Positions 1 through 6,219 of a stretch of 24,000 nt of DNA are shown piece after piece (the first letter of the stretch is position 1; every line of letters starts with the position of its first letter). The notes below the pieces were generated by a model that did not search any database, had not been told where the DNA came from, and saw only the letters and a list, made by a program, of their open reading frames with translations. Origin of the DNA: Herminiimonas sp. (GTDB lineage: Bacteria > Pseudomonadota > Gammaproteobacteria > Burkholderiales > Burkholderiaceae_D); assembly GCA_027310305.1 (NCBI GenBank), contig DAIDBD010000008.1, positions 8,137 to 32,136 of the forward strand. The letters run 5' to 3'. The position numbers were made by a program, and so were the translations under genes.

Positions 1-378
1 ATTCTGCATCTCTCGTATGCATGGATTCCGTTCGGATTTTTCCTGATGGCGCTGGCCGCATTCGGCATCGTGTCGAGCAGCACCGTGTTCCATGCGCTGG
101 CGATCGGGTCCACCGCGGGTTTGATCATCGGCATGATCACGCGCACCGCATTGGGCCATACCGGCCGTCCGCTTCGTGCGGGACGCAACGAAACCGCAAT
201 GTATCTTCTGGTTCAAGCCGGAGCCGCAGCGCGTCTTGGCGCAAATATCGCACCCTTCGGATTGAGGAATGGCGCGCTGATGCTGGCCGCATTGTGCTGG
301 TCGGCGGCATTCATTCTTTACCTCGTCGTGTACATGCCTTATCTGATCCGGCCGCGTCTCGACGGCCGGGACGGTTGA
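1..378 (+). CDS. nnrS: NnrS family membrane protein, C-terminal part (5' end lies outside the window)
   Basis: Frame 1 is open from base 1 (ILHLSYAWIPFGFFLMALAA...) to the stop at 376-378. The hydrophobic TM pattern and the segment HALAIGSTAGLIIGMITRTALGHTGRPLRAG resemble the conserved C-terminal region of NnrS proteins, recalled from memory. Confidence 0.7.
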   Translation: MLHLSYAWIPFGFFLMALAAFGIVSSSTVFHALAIGSTAGLIIGMITRTALGHTGRPLRAGRNETAMYLLVQAGAAARLGANIAPFGLRNGALMLAALCWSAAFILYLVVYMPYLIRPRLDGRDG

Positions 379-393
379 CCGGGAGCGCCCAAT

Positions 394-837
394 ATGATTT
401 CAACGTTAGGCATGGCGGCTGTGATGGCCGCCGCTTTATGGGCCGGCGTGGTGATCGGCATTTCATTTATCGCGCAGCCCGCCAAATTCAAGATATCGGA
501 ACTTGCTCTTCCTGTGGCGCTGGAGGTCGGCCGGCGTATTTTCAACGTGATGCACGTGGTCGAATGCGCTTTCGCGCTGGTCGCCCTGTTATCGGTAACC
601 TTCGCCGGCCAGGCCGGCGGACGCCTGGCGAGTTTCGACAGCCGGTGGCTGATCTATGCCGCAGCAATCATCCTGTTCATCCAGATCCGCTTCCTGATGC
701 CGCCTTTATCCAAACGGGTCGATGCGGTCCTGTCCGGGAAAACGCTCCCGCCTGCGTCCCTCCATTTTTATTTCGCGTTTCTGGAAGTCCTGAAAACCGG
801 TTTGTTGATAGCGTTCAGCCTGTCGCAGTTAATTTGA
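394..837 (+). CDS. Small polytopic membrane protein, DUF4149-like
   Basis: 147-aa ORF starting 15 nt after the nnrS stop, with four hydrophobic segments. The overlapping 275-aa ORF at 21-848 in another frame is Arg-rich and not protein-like. The DUF4149 assignment is from recalled family appearance only. Confidence 0.6.
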   Translation: MISTLGMAAVMAAALWAGVVIGISFIAQPAKFKISELALPVALEVGRRIFNVMHVVECAFALVALLSVTFAGQAGGRLASFDSRWLIYAAAIILFIQIRFLMPPLSKRVDAVLSGKTLPPASLHFYFAFLEVLKTGLLIAFSLSQLI

Positions 838-854
838 AAACACAGTGAGTAACC

Positions 855-2519
855 ATGGATACCGCCACCATACTATTGTCATCATTCATCCTGTCCATCA
901 CCGGATTGTTCGTATTCATCTGGTCGCTTCGCAAGAAGCTTTTCGACAATAATCCCGCCGCCGCCAATGTGATTTTTTCGGCAGGGGAGATCGGGCGGGT
1001 CGAAGAACCCGCTGCCAGCGCGGCCCAGCGAAGCGGTCTGCAACAGGCTGCCGACGGCCGCGACCGGCCGGCATTGAGCGCGGCGCAAAATGCGCTGCTT
1101 GCAAAGGAACTGGACGAGCGGATGCAGGCCGACCGTTCCACGGCGTCCGTCGCGTTTGTCTTTCTATCCTGTGCGGTGGTGTGGCTGATCGTGGCATCGC
1201 TGGCCGGGCTCACCAGTTCCATCAAGCTGCATGAACCGGATTGGCTGACCGGCCAGGCATGGCTTACTTTCGGCCGGCTGCGCACCATCCACCTGAATGC
1301 GGTTGCTTACGGCTGGGCGCCGATGGCAGCGCTGGGCGTGGCCATCTGGATGCTGCCGCGCTTGCTGAAAACCGAACTGATGGGCAGCCGTTTCGCCCTG
1401 CTTGGCGCAATGGTCTGGAACGCCGGATTGATTGCCGGGCTCGGCTGCATCGCGGTCGGCCTGAATGACGGAATGGAATGGCTGGAAATTCCCTGGCAGG
1501 TCGATATCCTGCTCGTCATCGGCGGTTTGCTGGTGGCGCTGCCGCTCGTCTTCACGCTGCAAAACCGGCGGGTCGAACATCTGTATGTATCGATCTGGTA
1601 CATGGGCGCGGCGCTGTTCTGGTTTCCGGTCCTGTTCTTTATCGGGAATGTCCCGAACCTGCATATCGGCGTCGAACAGGCGACCATGAACTGGTGGTTC
1701 GGCCATAACGTGCTCGGCCTGTTCTATACTCCGATGGCGCTCGCGTCGGTGTATTACTTCCTGCCGAAAATCATTGGCCGGCCGGTGCAGTCGTACAACC
1801 TGTCGCTGCTGGGTTTCTGGACGCTGGCATTCTTTTACGGGCAGGTGGGCGGCCATCATCTGATCGGCGGCCCGGTGCCGGGCTGGCTGGTCACGCTGTC
1901 GATCGTGCAAAGCGTGATGATGGTGGTGCCGGTCATTGCGTTTTCCGTCAACCAGCATCTGACCTTGCGCGGCCACTTCAAGACGCTGATCTATTCGCCG
2001 ACGCTGCGCTTCATCGTGCTGGGCGGCATGATGTACACGCTGAGCTCGATCCAGGGTTCTCTCGAAGCGCTGCGCAGCGTCAATACCGTCACGCACTTCA
2101 CGCATTTCACGGTGGCGCATGCGCATCTCGGGCTGTACGGATTCTTCACGATGGTGATGTTCGGCGCAATCTACTTCATCATGCCGCGCGTGATGTCGTG
2201 GGAATGGCCTTATCCCAAATTGATCGCAGTCCATTTCTGGCTGGTCGTCGCCGGTTTTTCGATCTACTTCATCGGCTTGTCCATCGGCGGCTGGCTGCAA
2301 GGCATGGCCATGCTGGATGCATCCAGGCCGTTCATGGAATCGGTCAATGTCACGATCCCGTACCTGAAAAGCCGCTCGTTCGGCGGCGCGATCATGACGC
2401 TCGGCCACGTGGTATTTGCAGGCCATTTTGTCGCGATGGCGCTGCGCTACGGCCCGCGCCGCATCGGCGCGGCATTGCTGCATATCCCGTCTTCCGTTCC
2501 CACACTGACGCGCGCTTGA
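855..2519 (+). CDS. ccoN: cbb3-type (C-family-like) haem-copper oxidase subunit I with an N-terminal CcoS/FixS-like extension
   Basis: 554-aa hydrophobic ORF. The canonical His ligands are present in CcoN-like contexts: FGRLRTIHLNAV, NWWFGHNVLG (His codon 1704-1706), GGHHLIGG (1854-1859) and HFTVAHAHLG. A Tyr lies 6 residues before the HH pair (FFYGQVGGHH, codon 1836-1838), as in cbb3 oxidases. The first ~50 aa (MDTATILLSSFILSITGLFVFIWSLRKKLFDNNPAAANVIF) resemble CcoS. Confidence 0.85.
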   Translation: MDTATILLSSFILSITGLFVFIWSLRKKLFDNNPAAANVIFSAGEIGRVEEPAASAAQRSGLQQAADGRDRPALSAAQNALLAKELDERMQADRSTASVAFVFLSCAVVWLIVASLAGLTSSIKLHEPDWLTGQAWLTFGRLRTIHLNAVAYGWAPMAALGVAIWMLPRLLKTELMGSRFALLGAMVWNAGLIAGLGCIAVGLNDGMEWLEIPWQVDILLVIGGLLVALPLVFTLQNRRVEHLYVSIWYMGAALFWFPVLFFIGNVPNLHIGVEQATMNWWFGHNVLGLFYTPMALASVYYFLPKIIGRPVQSYNLSLLGFWTLAFFYGQVGGHHLIGGPVPGWLVTLSIVQSVMMVVPVIAFSVNQHLTLRGHFKTLIYSPTLRFIVLGGMMYTLSSIQGSLEALRSVNTVTHFTHFTVAHAHLGLYGFFTMVMFGAIYFIMPRVMSWEWPYPKLIAVHFWLVVAGFSIYFIGLSIGGWLQGMAMLDASRPFMESVNVTIPYLKSRSFGGAIMTLGHVVFAGHFVAMALRYGPRRIGAALLHIPSSVPTLTRA

Positions 2520-2522
2520 ATC

Positions 2523-3116
2523 ATGGAAAACGAACTGAAATTATTGACCGGCGCGATGGTGGCGCTGGCGCTTGCGACCTCCACCCTGGTGGTCATTCCC
2601 TATCTCCAGTTGTCCGATCTCAAGCCGGCGGCGGGCTTGAAACCGTACACTGCGGCGCAATTGCGCGGCCGCGACCAGTACATCAGGAACGGCTGCGTCT
2701 ATTGTCATTCGCAGCAGCCGCGCGACAAGGCGCAAGCGCCCGATGCCCAGCGCGGCTGGGGGCGGGCATCGGTCGCCGCGGATTACTATTACGACAATCC
2801 GCACCTGCTCGGCACCATGCGCACCGGCCCTGATCTGCTCAACATCGGCGCGCGCCAGCCGAGCGCCGACTGGCAACTCGGCCATCTTTACCAGCCGCGC
2901 GCCTATACGCCGGGCAGCATCATGCCGTCGTATCCCTATCTTTTCGACATCAAGAGCGAAGCAGAATCCGGCGACAGGGTCGTGACGCTGCCGCCGGGCT
3001 ATACGCCGGCCGGCAAGGTCGTCGTCGCCAAACCGGAAGTGCTCGACCTGGTGCAGTATCTGCTCGGACTGGATCGCACCTATCCGGCAATTCCGGCGCC
3101 TGGCGGCAAGAAATAG
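2523..3116 (+). CDS. ccoO: Monohaem cytochrome c subunit II, CcoO/FixO-like
   Basis: 197-aa ORF starting 3 nt after the subunit I stop. It has an N-terminal TM anchor and a single CxxCH site (CVYCH). The RTGPDL and GSIMPSYPYLF motifs are typical of FixO/CcoO. Confidence 0.85.
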   Translation: MENELKLLTGAMVALALATSTLVVIPYLQLSDLKPAAGLKPYTAAQLRGRDQYIRNGCVYCHSQQPRDKAQAPDAQRGWGRASVAADYYYDNPHLLGTMRTGPDLLNIGARQPSADWQLGHLYQPRAYTPGSIMPSYPYLFDIKSEAESGDRVVTLPPGYTPAGKVVVAKPEVLDLVQYLLGLDRTYPAIPAPGGKK

Positions 3117-3125
3117 AGAACTGCG

Positions 3126-3449
3126 ATGACGCATGTCGTGACCGAAAGCTGCATCCGTTGCAAATACACCGATTGCGTCGATGTCTGTCCGGTCGATGCG
3201 TTTTGCGAGGGGCCGAACATGCTCGTCATCGACCCGGAGCTTTGCATCGATTGCGCGCTCTGCGTCGGCGAGTGTCCGGTCGCGGCGATTTTTGAAGAAG
3301 GCGACGTTCCCGCGCCGCAGCTCGGCTTCATCCCGTTGAATGTCGAGCTGACCGCCTTGTGGCCCATGCTCAGCGTGCGCAAGAAAGCGCCGCCGGATGC
3401 GGACGACTGGGCCGCTGTCGAACACAAAGTCCATTTGCTCGAACGGTAA
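3126..3449 (+). CDS. fdxA: 7Fe ferredoxin ([3Fe-4S][4Fe-4S]), Azotobacter FdxA type
   Basis: 107-aa ORF: [51 protein letters not shown]...HLLER. Both Cys clusters and the C-terminal HLLER tail closely match the FdxA family as I recall it. Confidence 0.9.
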   Translation: MTHVVTESCIRCKYTDCVDVCPVDAFCEGPNMLVIDPELCIDCALCVGECPVAAIFEEGDVPAPQLGFIPLNVELTALWPMLSVRKKAPPDADDWAAVEHKVHLLER

Positions 3450-3480
3450 TGAATGCCACTTTCATCTTTGGAGTTTCATC

Positions 3481-4077
3481 ATGATTCAGGATTCAAGAAA
3501 AGCGGATGCGCAACAAAGGGAAAACCCCGATCCGCATGAAGGCAACCGGCCCGTGCCGTGGCATGTGCTGGCGATCGTCGCACTGGCCTTGAGCTGGGCG
3601 GTCGGCTATATTTTTTTGACTCATCCGAACGATGACCCCGCATTGGGCGACAGCCGCACCCGGACGGATCTGATGGCGCGCACCGGCGGCAACGCGGGAA
3701 CGGCCGATGGGGCGCAAATTTTCGCGGCGCAGTGCGCGGCCTGCCATCAGGCGACGGGCGCCGGGCTTCCCGGCGTATTCCCGCCATTGGCGGCATCGGA
3801 ATGGGTGTTGGCAAAAGAGGCCGTGCCGATCAACATTTTATTGCACGGCATATCGGGCAAGCTGACCGTGAAAGACTCGGCCTATAACGGCGCCATGCCG
3901 GCTTTCAAAGACAAGCTGAACGATGCGGAAATCGCTGCGGTATTGACTTATATCCGGTCGAATTTCGGCAACAGCGCCGGCAAGATCGAAGCCGCCGCCG
4001 TCAAAGCAATACGCGAGGCAAGCAAGGAACGTACAGCGCCGTGGAACGGTGACGATGAATTGGCAAAACTCAAATAG
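3481..4077 (+). CDS. Membrane-anchored monohaem c-type cytochrome with a CcoP/FixP-like N-terminus
   Basis: The ATG at 3481 is preceded by GGAG (tttggagtttcatcATG). The track start at 3397 would overlap fdxA. The N-terminus NRPVPWHVLAIVALALSWAVGY resembles the FixP N-terminal NPLPRWW...GY anchor. It has one CxxCH (CAACH) and a distal Met candidate (GAMPAF). Confidence 0.75.
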   Translation: MIQDSRKADAQQRENPDPHEGNRPVPWHVLAIVALALSWAVGYIFLTHPNDDPALGDSRTRTDLMARTGGNAGTADGAQIFAAQCAACHQATGAGLPGVFPPLAASEWVLAKEAVPINILLHGISGKLTVKDSAYNGAMPAFKDKLNDAEIAAVLTYIRSNFGNSAGKIEAAAVKAIREASKERTAPWNGDDELAKLK

Positions 4078-4741
4078 CGGCTTCGCGCGCCATGCCGCGC
4101 TGAAGACGGCGATGGCACTGTTGTTCGTCTTCATCGCCGGAACCGGTGCGATCTATGCCGCCACAGAAGGCTTTCGCGTGGTGACGAGCGAAGATGCGCG
4201 CAGGCTGTCGATTGCCGAGCACCCGAGGCAAATTCCGGATGCGGCGATCCGGTATGAATCCGGCGCGAGCGCCCGATTGATGCAGGCATTGCATCAGGAT
4301 GGACGGGTTGCGATTGTCGTTTTCATCTACACCGGCTGCAACGCGGTGTGCTCGGTGATGGGAACCGAATTCCAGCAGTTGCAGCAAGCAATCCGCTCGC
4401 GCGGATTGGACGATCGCATCCGCCTGATCAGCATCAGTTTCGATCCAGGCGATACGTCGGCGCGGCTTGCCGCCTATGCGGAGCGGATGCATGCGGAAAA
4501 AGCGAACTGGCGATTCGTCGGCGTGGCCGATGCAAGCCAGCGCCGCGCACTGCTGGATGCATTCGGGATTGTCGTTATCCCTGCGCCGTTGGGGGAATTC
4601 CAGCATAACGCCGCTTTTCATATCGTGTATCCGGATGGGCGTCTCGCGCGGATCGTCGATTACGGCGAACCCGAGGCCGCATTGATGTTTGCATTGGCGG
4701 CGGCGGATAGCCATGCAAAAAACCGCGCGCCGGCATCATGA
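4049..4741 (+). CDS. senC: SCO1/SenC copper chaperone (thioredoxin fold)
   Basis: It has an N-terminal TM anchor and a CxxxC motif in FIYTGCNAVCSVMG. The downstream His context FQHNAAFHIVYPDGRL is typical of SCO proteins. The start is uncertain: GTG at 4049 overlaps the cytochrome c gene by 29 nt, and ATG at 4055 is the alternative. Confidence 0.85.
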   Translation: MTMNWQNSNSGFARHAALKTAMALLFVFIAGTGAIYAATEGFRVVTSEDARRLSIAEHPRQIPDAAIRYESGASARLMQALHQDGRVAIVVFIYTGCNAVCSVMGTEFQQLQQAIRSRGLDDRIRLISISFDPGDTSARLAAYAERMHAEKANWRFVGVADASQRRALLDAFGIVVIPAPLGEFQHNAAFHIVYPDGRLARIVDYGEPEAALMFALAAADSHAKNRAPAS

Positions 4742-5355
4742 ACAGAACGCAACCGCCATTCCGGTTGAGCCGGAACGCATCGGCAGCGATCGGCATGCTG
4801 CTGGTGGTCGGTGCCGTCCTGTGCCGGCATTGGCTGGAACGGTCGATGGCATTGCACATGCTGTTGCAACTGCCGCTACTGCTGATCGCCGGCATCCTGA
4901 TGGCATTCGGCCTGCCGGACGCCGAGGGCAACCAGGCAAGCCGAATCGGGCGCGTCATCCGCCGCCTGCGCGCTTTTGACGAGCATGGCCTCACCGGATT
5001 GTTCGCGCTTCTTTTCATCACTGCTTATTGGATGATCCCGAAGGCGCTGGAGCATGTGCTCGATTCGCCAATGACGGAGCTTTTCAAATTCGTTTCGGTA
5101 TGGTGCGCGGGCGTCATGCTCCCCGGTGCGCTATCCCGTTCCAATCGAATCATCCAGCTATTTTTCCTGGGTAACTTCGCTTCGATGACGGCGATTGTCG
5201 GCATGCTGTACCAGGATGCGCCGCAACGATTATGCAATGCCTACTTGCTGGACGATCAGGTTGCCACAGGCACGGGATTGGTGATATTGGCGATCGGCAT
5301 TCCGCTGCTCTGGTGCGCGCAGCAATGCGCCGTGAACGCCGGCGACGGCGCTTGA
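4738..5355 (+). CDS. Polytopic membrane protein of unknown function (weak CtaG-like motif)
   Basis: 205-aa hydrophobic ORF whose ATG overlaps the senC stop (ATGA at 4738-4741). The segment HMLLQLPLLLIAG is reminiscent of the HMxQHxLLxxxAPxLL motif of Bacillus-type CtaG assembly factors, but the second His is absent. Confidence 0.6.
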   Translation: MNRTQPPFRLSRNASAAIGMLLVVGAVLCRHWLERSMALHMLLQLPLLLIAGILMAFGLPDAEGNQASRIGRVIRRLRAFDEHGLTGLFALLFITAYWMIPKALEHVLDSPMTELFKFVSVWCAGVMLPGALSRSNRIIQLFFLGNFASMTAIVGMLYQDAPQRLCNAYLLDDQVATGTGLVILAIGIPLLWCAQQCAVNAGDGA

Positions 5356-5386
5356 TCTATTATTATTTACATCTCAGGGAAATTTC

Positions 5387-5764
5387 ATGATGCATCAAAC
5401 GATTAACCGCGATGCCGTTGTACAGCTTGTCGATCAGTTCTATGGCGAAATTCGCAACGACGACATGCTGTATCCCGTATTCGCCAAAGTGATCGGCGAC
5501 AACTGGACGCCGCATCTGCAACGCATGGTTGACTTCTGGTCCACGGCAATGCTCGGCTCGCGCAGCTTCCAGGGCAATGTGTATGGCAAGCACATGGCAT
5601 TGGCGGGAATCGAGCCGGAACATTTCAGGCGCTGGCTGGCCCTGTTCGAGGCAACCGCGCATGACTTGTTCAATGCTGCGGACGCGGATGAATTCATCAC
5701 CCTGGCGCACAGGATTGCAGGCAGTCTGCAATTAGGCTATTTCGACGAAGTGATCGTTCCGTAA
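5387..5764 (+). CDS. Group III truncated haemoglobin
   Basis: 125-aa ORF preceded by GGGAAA. The pattern FYGEIRNDDMLYPVF...W..HLQRMVDFWSTAMLGSRSFQGNVYGKHMAL...EHFRRWLALFEAT fits bacterial 2-on-2 globins of the Ctb-like group III type. The start could be 5387 or 5390. Confidence 0.8.
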   Translation: MMHQTINRDAVVQLVDQFYGEIRNDDMLYPVFAKVIGDNWTPHLQRMVDFWSTAMLGSRSFQGNVYGKHMALAGIEPEHFRRWLALFEATAHDLFNAADADEFITLAHRIAGSLQLGYFDEVIVP

Positions 5765-6007
5765 TATTTCAAAGCCGGATCAGGAATGCTTGCATCGGCC
5801 GCGACAGGAAAATCCGGAATCAATCGTGCGGATGCCGGTGAATCGGATCGACCCGATGCACATCTTCCGGCTTCTCGACTGCGGCGATATGTTACCGATG
5901 TTCGCTTCGCTCATGATTTTCTCCCGTTGGATAATCAGTCATACGCCGCGCAGACTCCTGGTGGACCGGCTGCCGTCTGCCATACATCACTTTTGGTTCA
6001 GTGCGTC

Positions 6008-6200
6008 TTTACACAGAGGTCAGCAATTTGAACGACACATGCGGCGCAATACGCTGCGCTTATTGACGACCAACGGAAGTCCATGTTCGGACGCCCAACG
6101 GAAGTGTCTTCTCGGGACGGCCAACGAAAGCCTGCTAGGGCGCCGATAGCGAAGCGTATGGCGCCGCATGTGTCGTTTACGCTACTGGCCTCTGTGTAAA
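6008..6200. repeat. MITE-like palindromic element (family copy 1) containing an inverted pair of REP-like units
   Basis: The outer 16 nt TTTACACAGAGGTCAG (6008-6023) match the reverse complement of CTGGCCTCTGTGTAAA (6185-6200) at 15 of 16 positions. The imperfect inverted repeat extends ~60 nt and includes CATGCGGCGCAATACGCTGCGCTTATTGACG (6038-6068) and its inverted partner (6140-6170). The centre has three tandem ~25-nt units starting CCAACG(G/A)AAG at 6070, 6095 and 6121. Confidence 0.85.
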
Positions 6201-6219
6201 TTACCGGCCTCCGTGTAAT

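Noticed and set aside
21-848. 275-aa + strand ORF spanning the nnrS and DUF4149-like region
   Set aside because: It is in a different frame from two hydrophobic, membrane-protein-like ORFs. It is extremely Arg/Gly/Pro-rich and crosses an intergenic gap, so it is not credible.
1164-2483. 439-aa ORF antisense to the oxidase subunit I gene
   Set aside because: The opposite strand encodes a protein with all haem-copper oxidase ligands. This translation is Arg/His/Asp/Gln-rich with no recognisable motif, so it is a shadow ORF.
3397-3480. Upstream start (3397) for the cytochrome c ORF, and similarly 19249 for paaI
   Set aside because: Both extensions overlap the preceding gene in another frame and encode non-conserved leaders. 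The internal ATGs at 3481 and at 19330 or 19312 have SD-like sequences.
855-5355. Calling the oxidase cluster an sNOR (norSY-senC-orf1) outright
   Set aside because: The gene-order analogy is real. However, subunits I and II here are clearly CcoN/CcoO-like with cbb3 active-site features, while as far as I recall NorSY are Cox-type. The function (O2 versus NO reduction) cannot be read from the sequence.
5353-5386. Possible NsrR-type operator (TTGATCTATTATTATTTACATCTC) in the AT-rich gap upstream of the truncated haemoglobin gene
   Set aside because: Only the right half (ATTTACATCTC) resembles the recalled AAATACATCTT half-site. The left half and the internal dyad symmetry are poor (about 5-6 of 11), so it is not supportable without a proper position-weight-matrix scan.
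5780-5914. 44-codon minus-strand ORF (MSEANIGNISPQSRSRKMCIGSIRFTGIRTIDSGFSCRGRCKHS) with a good GGGAGA Shine-Dalgarno 7 nt upstream
   Set aside because: The SD-ATG pair is striking. However, the peptide is Ser/Arg/Gly/Cys-rich with no hydrophobic core or known motif and lies downstream of a repeat. It cannot be supported without conservation or ribosome-profiling data.
5790-6149. 119-aa ORF (and the 81-aa ORF at 5786-6031) in the globin-ybaL intergenic region
   Set aside because: Both run into and through the MITE-like repeat. There is no ribosome-binding site and no recognisable protein features.
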